This document shows, in pieces, positions 1 through 7,887 of a stretch of DNA of 19,496 nucleotides; within the stretch, counting starts at the first letter, position 1, and each line of letters begins with the position of its first letter. Source of the DNA: Armatimonadota bacterium. GTDB taxonomy: Bacteria; Armatimonadota; Armatimonadia; Armatimonadales; Armatimonadaceae. The notes beneath the pieces are model-generated. The model did no database searches. It saw nothing but the letters and a program-made list of their open reading frames with translations, and had not been told where the DNA came from. The stretch covers positions 1 to 19,496 of the forward strand of contig JAYUUO010000009.1 of the NCBI GenBank assembly GCA_043754515.1, read 5' to 3'. Both the position numbers and the translations under genes were made by a program.

Positions 1-1
1 T

Positions 2-706
2 CCCCCCGCCGCGCTAGAAACGCCCGGCTATAAGGGCACTCGACGAGCGACTCCCGACGCGCTTTCGCTCCAGGTGCCGCGCATTTTGGAGATGGTACGG
101 CTTTTCGGCATTCCTGTCGTAGCGCACCCCGGCGTCGAGGCGGACGATGTTATCGCGACGCTCGCGCGGCGCATCGGCGCGGGGAGCGCGACGGGGGAGC
201 GCGCGCGACATACCCGTATAGTGTCACCGGACAAGGACTTCGAGCAGCTGGTCACGAGCGCGGAACACGCCCGCGTTACGCTCTTCGATGTCCGCACCGG
301 CGTCGAAACCGATACGGAATCGGTGCGTGAGAGGCGAGGAGTGTTGCCGGAGCAGATAGTGGATTTCCTCGCGCTCACCGGCGACGTCGTGGATAACATC
401 CCCGGCGTGACTGGTATCGGGCCGCGCACGGCGGCGAAACTGCTGACGCGATACGGCTCCGTGGAGGGTATGAGGGAGAACCTGGCCGAAATCGAGGAGC
501 GATGGCGCGAGCCACTCGGCAGAGCATTGGCGACACAACTGCCTTTGTCGAGGCGGTTGATCACATTGAAGCACGACGCCCCCGTTATGTTCGACCCGGA
601 GGAAGCGCGGGTGGTAAAGAATGGTGCCATGCTCCCGTACGACGCGTCAGAACTCGGTCTGTTTTTTGATGTACTCGGATTTGATCGGCTGAAGCGCGAC
701 CTTTGA
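2..706 (+). CDS. 5'-3' exonuclease / flap endonuclease (Pol I N-terminal domain family), 5'-partial, no polymerase domain
   Basis: The frame of ORF 74..706 is open back to base 2 (PPAALETPGYKGTRRATPDALSLQ, a YKxxR motif). It carries GVEADDVIAT, SPDKDFEQL and LTGDVVDNIPGVTGIGPRTA (H3TH) and stops at TGA 704-706. Confidence 0.92.
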   Translation, partial: PPAALETPGYKGTRRATPDALSLQVPRILEMVRLFGIPVVAHPGVEADDVIATLARRIGAGSATGERARHTRIVSPDKDFEQLVTSAEHARVTLFDVRTGVETDTESVRERRGVLPEQIVDFLALTGDVVDNIPGVTGIGPRTAAKLLTRYGSVEGMRENLAEIEERWREPLGRALATQLPLSRRLITLKHDAPVMFDPEEARVVKNGAMLPYDASELGLFFDVLGFDRLKRDL

Positions 707-764
707 GAGTTTGGGTCAGCGACTATTTTGTCGTTAAGTCGCTCGGCGCGGGATCATGCGCCGG

Positions 765-2180
765 TTAAGGATGCGTCATCTGCTCCGGGCGTACCAGTTC
801 GTCGAACTCTGCCTCGCTCACCAGCCCCATTTCGAGCGCGGCTTCACGGAGCGTGGTTCTCCCGACATGCGCGTTGTGCGCGATCTTTGCCGCGTTGTCG
901 TAGCCGACGCGCGGTGTCAGCGCGGTGACCAGCATCAGCGAGTTTTGCACGTACCCCTCGATCCGCTCGCGGTCCAATTCGATTCCTTTAACCATGAACT
1001 CGACGAACCCGTGACAGGCGTCGCCGAGTAGCGTGACCGAGTGCAGGAAGTTATGGATCATCACCGGCTTGAAAACGTTCAGCTCGAAGTTGCCCTGCGA
1101 CCCGGCGAACGCGATCGCGGCGTGATTACCGTGTACCTGCACCGCGACCATGGTCATCGCCTCACACTGCGTCGGGTTCACCTTCCCCGGCATGATGGAC
1201 GACCCCGGCTCATTTCCCGGCAGTATCAGTTCGCCGATTCCGCAACGGGGGCCGGACGCCAGCCAGCGAATATCGTTCGCGATTTTCATCAGCGAACCGG
1301 CGAGTGTCTGGAGCGCGCCGCCCGCGAACACTAGCTCGTCGTGCGCGCTGAGCGCGGCGAACTTATCGGGGTGCGAACGAAAAGGCAGTCCCGTCTCCTC
1401 GGCAATACGGGCGGCAACCGCCTCGCCAAATCCGGGCGGCGCGTTCAGCCCAGTGCCGACCGCCGTGCCGCCGATGGCGAGATCGCATAAGCCGTCGAGC
1501 GACTGCTCGACGCGCGCGATATCGCGCCGCAACAGACTCGCCCAGCCGCCGAACTCCTGCCCCACGGTGAGCGGGGTGGCGTCCTGCAAGTGGGTACGTC
1601 CGATCTTCACGACGTCCGCGAACTCTGACGCCTTCTGCTCGATGGCTTCCGCGACGCCACGCACCGCCGGTAAGAGATGGTGAGTGACACGCTCCGCCGC
1701 CGCGATGTACATGGCGGCGGGGAACGTGTCATTTGAGGACTGGGAACGGTTCACGTGGTCGTTCGGATGGACCGGAATCTTGCCGCCTCGCCCGTTTCCC
1801 GCCTTCTCGTTGGCGCGTCCCGCGATCACCTCGTTCGCGTTCATGTTGGTCTGCGTCCCGCTACCCGTTTGCCAGACCCGTAGCGGAAACTCGGCGTCCA
1901 GTGTCCCTGCGATAACCTCGTCCGCCGCCGCGATGACGAGATCCGCTATATCGGGGGGGAGCCGCCCGCCATCCTTGTTGACCAGGGCACAGGCTTTTTT
2001 GAGGATGCCGAACGCCCGGATCATTTCGGGCGGCATGATGTCGCGCCCGATGGCGAAGTGGTGCAAGGAACGCTGAGTTTGCGCCCCCCAGTAGGCGGTC
2101 GCGGGAACGGTGATCGCGCCCATGCTGTCGGTCTCAATCCGCCCGGCGGCAGGTGTGGCGGGTGTCGCGCTATGGTTCAT
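765..2180 (-). CDS. fumC: Class II fumarate hydratase
   Basis: 471 aa with [60 protein letters not shown] and the signature [15 protein letters not shown]. Confidence 0.98.
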   Translation of the reverse strand: MNHSATPATPAAGRIETDSMGAITVPATAYWGAQTQRSLHHFAIGRDIMPPEMIRAFGILKKACALVNKDGGRLPPDIADLVIAAADEVIAGTLDAEFPLRVWQTGSGTQTNMNANEVIAGRANEKAGNGRGGKIPVHPNDHVNRSQSSNDTFPAAMYIAAAERVTHHLLPAVRGVAEAIEQKASEFADVVKIGRTHLQDATPLTVGQEFGGWASLLRRDIARVEQSLDGLCDLAIGGTAVGTGLNAPPGFGEAVAARIAEETGLPFRSHPDKFAALSAHDELVFAGGALQTLAGSLMKIANDIRWLASGPRCGIGELILPGNEPGSSIMPGKVNPTQCEAMTMVAVQVHGNHAAIAFAGSQGNFELNVFKPVMIHNFLHSVTLLGDACHGFVEFMVKGIELDRERIEGYVQNSLMLVTALTPRVGYDNAAKIAHNAHVGRTTLREAALEMGLVSEAEFDELVRPEQMTHP

Positions 2181-2324
2181 ATTTATAAATCGTCTTCCAT
2201 CGGGCGCGCCGTAGCCGGATGCGCCCGCGCGTAGGATACCCCGTTTCTTCCCTCACTGTGTCCGACCCGATACAGTAACGCCCTGTCTCAAGCGAGACAT
2301 GCTTTTAACCGCCTCCTGCCTGAA

Positions 2325-3116
2325 CTACCGCGACCAGATCAGCGGGTTGATCGCCGGGTCGTTCAGCACGTCGCCGACTCTCAGTGACTTGAAGTAATCG
2401 TCGGGGAGCATGTTCTGCTTGCCGTTGAATGTCGCGCCGTCCGGCATGTAGGCGCACGTCATGGCGCGGCGCGGCTTATTGGTCATGTTCGCGCCAGCCC
2501 CGTGCGCCGTTAAGCCGCTGTGGAACACCGCCGACCCGGCGGGGCAGGGACAACCCACCGTCTCGACACCTCGCCACTCGGGGTACACTTTGAACAATTC
2601 GCCTAATTTCTCCCCGATGGTGACGGTCTCGAAGCGTGCTGAGCGCTGGGTACCGGGGAGGTAAAACAACGCGCCGTTCGCGAGCGTCGCGTCGTCGAGC
2701 GCGACCCAGATGCTCAGGCTTTGCGGCGAGTCGAACGACCAGTAGGGGTTGTCCAGGTGCCACGCGGTCGGGTTACCGAACGGCGGCTTGATGAGTGCCT
2801 GGTCATGCCAGATGCGCATCCCGTCAACGCCCGCGAGTGTCGCCGCCGCTTCGCCAAGTCGCGGGTCATACATAATCTCGTGCATCCCCGCGTGCGTGTC
2901 GGCGAGCTTGATGCATTGCGTGAATACCTGCGCGTAATAGCTGTCGGGGTCATGCTGGTTGCTGAGTCTGCCTGGACCCGCTCCCAGCCGCTCCGCGACC
3001 GCTTCGTCGGTGCAACGCCGCCAGCTTGCCAACTCCCCTTCGTCAAGGAAGCCTTCGATAACTACGAATCCGTTCTCGCGATACGCCGCGACTTGCTCGT
3101 CTGTGATCATCTTCAT
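2325..3116 (-). CDS. Phytanoyl-CoA dioxygenase (PhyH) family Fe(II)/2-oxoglutarate dioxygenase
   Basis: N-terminal YRENGFVVIEGFL, HxD motif (WHLD), WVALDDATLANGAL, distal His in FHSGLTAHGAGAN and PRRA. GGAGG RBS at 3127-3131 (minus). Confidence 0.93.
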   Translation of the reverse strand: MKMITDEQVAAYRENGFVVIEGFLDEGELASWRRCTDEAVAERLGAGPGRLSNQHDPDSYYAQVFTQCIKLADTHAGMHEIMYDPRLGEAAATLAGVDGMRIWHDQALIKPPFGNPTAWHLDNPYWSFDSPQSLSIWVALDDATLANGALFYLPGTQRSARFETVTIGEKLGELFKVYPEWRGVETVGCPCPAGSAVFHSGLTAHGAGANMTNKPRRAMTCAYMPDGATFNGKQNMLPDDYFKSLRVGDVLNDPAINPLIWSR

Positions 3117-3238
3117 TGTTAGTCATCCTCCCGAACCGCGAGACCTCGGGCTGTAGCGCGGCTCTGCCACCGGGACAACCCCGCGCACCGGTCCCGATTT
3201 CTCGGTGCTTCGGGCGTCTCTCGTTTACTGTACCGGGT

Positions 3239-3544
3239 TTAGCGCGGCAATGTCAACGCGAGCTCTTTCAGCAGATTCGCCAGAACCGCGAGTGCCGCCG
3301 TGCCGACTAGATAGGCAAATATTTGCCTCAATGCCTGGTTCGGTAGGCGGTTCGTCACGCTCGCCCCGAGTTGCGCCCCGACGCTTGACCCGGCGAGCAA
3401 CGTCATCGCGAGCGGTAGGGACACGTGGCCGCGCCACGCCGCGCCCGCCGCGCCCCATAGCACGGTCACAAACAGGAGCAATACTCCCGTTCCCGCCGCG
3501 TTCCTCGCGGAGAGGCCGATCCCATACATTAACACGGGCAGGAG
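3239..3544 (-). pseudogene. C-terminal fragment of a TauE/SafE (TSUP) sulfite-exporter family membrane protein
   Basis: LLPVLMYGIGLSARNAAGTGVLLLFVTVLWGA..GHVSLPLAMTLLAGSSVGAQLGA..LRQIFAYLV matches the second half of TSUP proteins. Upstream of 3544 this frame loses resemblance and has no credible start. Confidence 0.8.
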
Positions 3545-3545
3545 A

Positions 3546-3677
3546 CGGCATACATACCGCGCCAGCCGCGTGTAGGGCGACGAACTCGCTCTCGTCCCGT
3601 ACATCGAGTAGCAGGGCACTGTTCTCGCTCATCGCCCAGTATGCGTACTCAGGCGTGACTCGGGAGGACATTTTCAT
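3546..3677 (-). pseudogene. N-terminal fragment of a rhodanese-like domain protein
   Basis: AGGAG RBS (3686-3690) and ATG 3677. MKMSSRVTPEYAYWAMSENSALLLDVRDESEFVALHAAGAVCMP contains the LLDVR..E...H..GA..P rhodanese start. After the Pro the frame becomes Arg/Gly-rich off-frame sequence, with no catalytic Cys loop. Confidence 0.8.
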
Positions 3678-3704
3678 GTTTGTTTCTCCTTGTGCGCGAC
3701 ACAC

Positions 3705-3782
3705 TTATGTGTTCGGCTCCGTGCCGAAGCCATATTCGGGCGATTGATACCGTTCGTTCCAAAAGGCAGCCGTTGTGTTCAT
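3705..3782 (-). pseudogene. 25-codon remnant resembling the N-terminus of a class I SAM-dependent methyltransferase
   Basis: Minus strand reads GAGGAAACT-ATG then MNTTAAFWNERYQSPEYGFGTEPNT-TAA. FWNERY...Y.FGTEPN is the typical start of a TehB/Methyltransf-like family. Too short for the supplied ORF track. Confidence 0.72.
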
Positions 3783-3790
3783 AGTTTCCT

Positions 3791-4105
3791 CTAGGGGCGA
3801 TGTTGCCGGATACACTCTAGCAAATAGAGCACGCTCCGGTCGGCGATGGCGTAGTAGATCCGGGTACCGTCGCGCTCAGCTGAAAGCACATTTTGATCTT
3901 TTAAGAGGCGTAACTGCTGACTGATGACCGCCTGTTGTACCCCTTCCCCGCACGCCTCGACGATCTCGCCGACGCTACGGGGCGTACCCGCATGATCTAG
4001 GAAATCGAGGATACGTAGGCGGAGCGGATGGGCAATGACCCGTATTATCGGGGCGACTTGTTCCAGCGTTTCCATGGCGATCAGTTCATGTGCAACTTGC
4101 TTCAC
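3791..4105 (-). CDS. ArsR/SmtB family transcriptional regulator
   Basis: 104 aa winged HTH: IAHPLRLRILDFL, SVGEIVE, QAVISQQLRLLK, ERDGTRIYYAI. Cys in EACG and in the C-terminal LLECIRQH. Confidence 0.93.
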   Translation of the reverse strand: MKQVAHELIAMETLEQVAPIIRVIAHPLRLRILDFLDHAGTPRSVGEIVEACGEGVQQAVISQQLRLLKDQNVLSAERDGTRIYYAIADRSVLYLLECIRQHRP

Positions 4106-4140
4106 AACATATCTATATATCTATGTAGCGATGTTGTCAA
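4104..4140 (-). promoter_or_regulatory. arsR promoter with overlapping palindromic operator
   Basis: Perfect TTGACA on minus at 4140-4135. Imperfect palindrome ACATATCTATATATCTATGT (4107-4126, 16/20 self-complementary) and ACAACAT/ATGTTGT inverted repeat (4104-4110 / 4131-4137). The -10 is only approximate (TATAGA at 17 bp). Confidence 0.7.
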
Positions 4141-4162
4141 GGGGATGGGGCCAGTGGGGATT

Positions 4163-4618
4163 TTACCCGCTACGTTCGGCGTAGGCTTTCAGGAGAGCAT
4201 TTCGCGCCGTAAGTAGGCCGCGCATGTATCGTTCGAGGAATAAGGCGTCCGCGATCTTGCCCAGCGGTCCAAGCGGGGAGACGTAGGTCATCGTGTCGCG
4301 CATCATAGTCCCGCTGGTAGTGTCTTCGAACTCGTGCAGGTGATGGAGCGACTGGAACGCGCCTTCCGTCATCTCGTCCACGAAGCGATGGGGCGAATCA
4401 AAGTCGGTGATGCGTGAGGTCAGCCTTTGACGCACGCCGAAGTGTGTCGCCTCCCACGTCACGGTCTGTCCCGGCCCGATCAAGCCGCTCGTGATGCCGC
4501 CCACCGCCTTCTCTCCGGTGTGCGACATGGTTTCTCGGTGCAAGTCGAGGTCGCGCGCGAGGTCGAAGCAACGCTCTACCGGGGCATGTATCTGGGTCTC
4601 TAGTCGAATGATCGGCAT
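4163..4618 (-). CDS. SRPBCC family protein
   Basis: 151 aa: IRLETQIHAPVERCFDLARDLDLH, VTWEATHFGVRQRLTSRIT, FVDEMTEGAFQSLHHLHEF, SPLGPLG. Confidence 0.9.
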   Translation of the reverse strand: MPIIRLETQIHAPVERCFDLARDLDLHRETMSHTGEKAVGGITSGLIGPGQTVTWEATHFGVRQRLTSRITDFDSPHRFVDEMTEGAFQSLHHLHEFEDTTSGTMMRDTMTYVSPLGPLGKIADALFLERYMRGLLTARNALLKAYAERSG

Positions 4619-4648
4619 GAGACGATGGTACCCCGAAAGCGACGACGT

Positions 4649-5236
4649 TCAGTGGGAGGCACCATTATCGAACGCGAAGACGACGGCGGGGAAGTCGCCG
4701 AAGATCGTGGTTTCCTCGGCGGTTTCCGAATAAACGCCGTTTTCGTAGCCTGCGAGTACTCGCCGCCAGAACCGTTGCGCGGGGATGTTTCTTTCCAGCA
4801 CCACGGCTTGCCAGCGTCCCCGGTGCCGGTCGAGTACCTGACGCGCGGCGGATCGCGCGATGCCCTGGTGGCGGAACGAGCGCGTCAGAAAGAACTCGTT
4901 CATCAGAAAGCCGGTGCCGTCGCGCAGATAGGGTGGCGACGACACCAGCGCGAAGCCCACTGCCCGCTCTCCGACATGGATCAGGTACGGATACAGGATG
5001 CCGGGTCTGTTCCACCACTCCGCGAGATTCGCGTCGCCCCACTGCGCGAGCGTCGTTACGGTGTCGTCGCCGTCGTACACGCCGTAACGGTTCGGGCGCA
5101 ATTCCTGCGTGAACTCCGCCAGATCGTGTAAATAAAGCGGATACAAGTTGCGCAGGATGGCGGCGTCCGCCGCAACGCAGGGCACCACGCGCGGCTCCCC
5201 CGCGTCCCTGAATACATTCGCCCCCGTCATGTTCAT
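4649..5236 (-). CDS. GNAT family N-acetyltransferase
   Basis: LRNLYPLYLHDLAEF, acetyl-CoA motif A (EFFLTRSFRHQGIA) and NIPAQRFWRRV. Start placed at ATG 5236, which overlaps the upstream stop (ATGA coupling), rather than at the ORF-track 5287. Confidence 0.88.
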   Translation of the reverse strand: MNMTGANVFRDAGEPRVVPCVAADAAILRNLYPLYLHDLAEFTQELRPNRYGVYDGDDTVTTLAQWGDANLAEWWNRPGILYPYLIHVGERAVGFALVSSPPYLRDGTGFLMNEFFLTRSFRHQGIARSAARQVLDRHRGRWQAVVLERNIPAQRFWRRVLAGYENGVYSETAEETTIFGDFPAVVFAFDNGASH

Positions 5237-6000
5237 CCCATGTCCGACTGGATCCGCTCCAGATTGCGCAAACACCGCTCCGCGCACGCGAGCGGGGGGA
5301 TCGGGTACGACTCCTGCTCGATGATCAGCCAGTCGGTCACGTCCTGCGCCGCCAGTTCGCGCAGTATTGCCGGGAAGGGCACGTCGCCTTCGCCGAGTAG
5401 CGCGTCAGGGTTCGTCGCGGAATGCTCCTTCATATGCACGGTGACGGCGCGACCGGGGTAGGAGCGCAGGAACGGTAGCGCGTCCTTGCCGCCATCGAGC
5501 GCGTTCCCGGTGTCGAACTGCATCACGACCAAATCATTCGTGCCGCCGAAGAAGATGTCCCACGGCAGTTTGTCGCTCCCAGGGACGGGCTTGAACTCGT
5601 GCGTGTGATTGTGATAGCCGGTGCGCATCCCATGGACATGAAGCGCGGCGGCAATCCCGTTCATCGTGTTCGCGGTCTGCTCCCACGCCTGAGCGGTCTC
5701 GGTATATTTGCCGCCGAGATGCGGCACGATCAGAAACTCGTTGCCGATGGCGAGGTGAAACGCGATGGTCTCGTTCAGCGTGTCGCCGAGTAGCGTCTCG
5801 ATAGGAATGTGCGCCCCGGCGACCTGCAAGCCGTTCTCGTTCAGCAGGTGCTTGATCGTAGGGGCATCGTGGCCATGAAACCCGGCGAACTCGACGCCGA
5901 CATAGCCCATCTTCGAGACGGCTTCGAGTACGGCGGGCAAGTCGCGTTTCGCGTCGTCGCGCACGGAGTAGAGTTGAAGGGCGATAGGAATATTGTTCAT
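5233..6000 (-). CDS. Sugar phosphate isomerase/epimerase (xylose isomerase-like TIM barrel)
   Basis: IALQLYSVRD, GYVGVEFAG, GYHNHTHEF, QFDTGN, VHMKE, LGEGDVPF, IIEQE. ATG 6000 has an AGGAG RBS; 6045 is an alternative start. Confidence 0.92.
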   Translation of the reverse strand: MNNIPIALQLYSVRDDAKRDLPAVLEAVSKMGYVGVEFAGFHGHDAPTIKHLLNENGLQVAGAHIPIETLLGDTLNETIAFHLAIGNEFLIVPHLGGKYTETAQAWEQTANTMNGIAAALHVHGMRTGYHNHTHEFKPVPGSDKLPWDIFFGGTNDLVVMQFDTGNALDGGKDALPFLRSYPGRAVTVHMKEHSATNPDALLGEGDVPFPAILRELAAQDVTDWLIIEQESYPIPPLACAERCLRNLERIQSDMG

Positions 6001-6147
6001 AGATTGACTCCTGGGATCCTCGTGGATGATGGATGTATGAGTCATTTCTCCGCGCCGGGTGCCGACTCCTGCCTGTTCATGTCGCCGTGACGGAAGGTGG
6101 TTACGCTATCGGCGGCGAAATAGACCACGAATCTCGTTCCGAGGAGA

Positions 6148-6912
6148 ATGACTTTGACCACGGCAAAAAGTAAGGCAATTGACGTGGCGGTTGAGGAGAC
6201 GATCTACAGCCTCAAAATCGGCATTGTAGGCGCGAAACCGCCGATCTGGCGGCGGGTACTCACACGCCCAACCGCGACCCTTTCCGACCTTCATCGCGTG
6301 ATCCAGGTAATAATGGGATGGCAGGAATCTCACTTACACCAGTTCGAGTTGCCGCTTCCACCTCCCGACGAGGACGCGGGGGAGGAGGTTATAGTGACAG
6401 GACATGTAGATAGAATCTATAGGTGGCGTGACCGTGATGTGTACGTGCCGAAAACTGACCCACTCGGCAATCCGTTCGACTGGATGGACGACGACTACGG
6501 TGACGAAAGCACGGTTCGGCTATGTGACATCCTCTTCGCGCTGGGAGCGAAGCGCCGCTTTACGTACACCTACGACATGGGTGATAGCTGGGATCACGAA
6601 ATCATCATCGAGCAAGAATTGCCCGCCGATCCAGAAGCGGACTACCCGGTCTGTGTCACCGGTAAACGGAACGGCCTGATTGAGGACTGCGGCGGGATAT
6701 GGGGCTACGAGGAACTACTCGCCATCCTCGCCGACCCGAAGCACGAAGACTACGCGGAGCGAAAGGAGTGGCTCGGCGAGTGCTACGGTGTCTCCCGGTG
6801 GGACGCGGATAAGTTCGACCTGGAGGGGATCAACCGTCGGCTCAAACCCCTGCGCCCGCGCCGCCGCAAAAAGAAGGTGACTCCCGCGTCCGCCCTTCCG
6901 ACTCCGGCGTAG
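6148..6912 (+). CDS. Plasmid pRiA4b ORF-3 family protein
   Basis: KPPIWRRVL, TLSDLHRVIQVIMGWQESHLHQF, YTYDMGDSWDHEI, EDCGGIWGYEELL. GAGGAG at 6141-6146. Confidence 0.92.
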   Translation: MTLTTAKSKAIDVAVEETIYSLKIGIVGAKPPIWRRVLTRPTATLSDLHRVIQVIMGWQESHLHQFELPLPPPDEDAGEEVIVTGHVDRIYRWRDRDVYVPKTDPLGNPFDWMDDDYGDESTVRLCDILFALGAKRRFTYTYDMGDSWDHEIIIEQELPADPEADYPVCVTGKRNGLIEDCGGIWGYEELLAILADPKHEDYAERKEWLGECYGVSRWDADKFDLEGINRRLKPLRPRRRKKKVTPASALPTPA

Positions 6913-6980
6913 AAGCCTGCCGACACGGGGGCGAACGCGGGTGGGGGAGCGGACGCTAGACACCGATTTGCCCCGCCCGA

Positions 6981-7340
6981 TTACTCCCCCTCGACAACCG
7001 AGCGGATGCGCCGCTCCAGGTGATCCACGTCCAACCCGCCTTCGTCGCGCACGATCCGGCGAACGGTGGGGTTGACGGTGGCAAGGTCGGTCAACAGATC
7101 ACGCAGAATCTCGCTCTGCTGGCGCGCCTGCGTGACCTCGCGCGGCTCCTGTACGAGGTCTGACACAATGGAATCCTCGGCCCGCGACGCGATGAGCGGG
7201 TCGGGCCTGCCCGATATGTGGACGAACGTCCGGCGCCCCGGCCCACGCTCCTCCTCAATAGGTAGAATGGCGGTCACCTGATCCGACCGGACATACTTAC
7301 CGTAACCTAAATGCACTAATAAATTACTCTGTACCCGCAT
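6981..7340 (-). CDS. Hypothetical protein, N-terminus reminiscent of RemA/DUF370
   Basis: Likely start ATG 7340 after GGGAGAAG. LVHLGYGKYVRSDQVTAILP...GRRTFV..PLIASR resembles the RemA pattern (LINIGFGN.V...I.AI...GRRT), followed by a helical C-terminus. The family link is inference. Confidence 0.7.
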   Translation of the reverse strand: MRVQSNLLVHLGYGKYVRSDQVTAILPIEEERGPGRRTFVHISGRPDPLIASRAEDSIVSDLVQEPREVTQARQQSEILRDLLTDLATVNPTVRRIVRDEGGLDVDHLERRIRSVVEGE

Positions 7341-7436
7341 GATTTCTGTCTTCTCCCATCTGTTCCTGTTAGTAATACACAAATTGGCGAACATTAGTTC
7401 CCCCTCAGCAGGTGGGAAAATCCGCGACGATAATCA

Positions 7437-7465
7437 TTGACAAGCACTGCCACGGGCGTTATACT
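7437..7465 (+). promoter_or_regulatory. Sigma-70-type promoter for the HTH/wzm genes
   Basis: TTGACA (7437-7442), 17 bp spacer, TATACT (7460-7465). Predicted start near 7472. Confidence 0.82.
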
Positions 7466-7611
7466 TGCTCACGGCGTTCGCTCGTGATCGGTTCCGGTGT
7501 TGAAGCAATGATTCTCCCCTGCGTTTCCCGCTGTACAACACCTTCCCGCGAATCCGCCCCGTCAAAATATCATCGCCAGCGTGCGCTATCGAAGGAGCAG
7601 ACAGTACATCT

Positions 7612-7824
7612 ATGGAAGCGGAAAGCCGGGACCTCCTCACCGTTGAACAGGCCGCCAATTATCTCCAACTCTCTCAATCGAGTATCCGCTCCTATATTCG
7701 TCAGGGAAAGTTACGGGCGTTTCGCGTCGCGGGCAAACGCAAGGTATTGATCCCGCGCGAGGAGCTTCTGAAGTTGCTGGAGCCGGCACGCGGCGACTTC
7801 GACGGACCGGATCCCGTGAAATAA
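7612..7824 (+). CDS. Excisionase-family (HTH_17) DNA-binding protein
   Basis: 70 aa: LLTVEQAANYLQLSQSSIRSYIRQGKLRAFRVAGKRKVLIPREEL. AAGGAG upstream at 7592-7597. Confidence 0.92.
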   Translation: MEAESRDLLTVEQAANYLQLSQSSIRSYIRQGKLRAFRVAGKRKVLIPREELLKLLEPARGDFDGPDPVK

Positions 7825-7887
7825 GGGAGGGGGGATCGGGCGCGTCAAGCCGCCTCCGAATCTATGCCCGCTTCCCCCTGACCACTC

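Noticed and set aside
707..764. Short intergenic hairpins (also near 2201-2227, 6927-6980, 7829-7879, 8820-8878, 16407-16451) as one repeat family or CRISPR
   Set aside because: They share no common sequence or regular spacing, and are best explained as individual GC-rich terminator or stability stems.
3225..3704. 159-aa ORF as an intact rhodanese
   Set aside because: Only 3677-3546 is rhodanese-like; the rest is the off-frame reading of the TSUP fragment.
7612..7824. Excisionase marking a prophage or ICE
   Set aside because: No integrase, tRNA target, att-like repeat or phage gene is visible in the window; HTH_17 proteins are often regulators.
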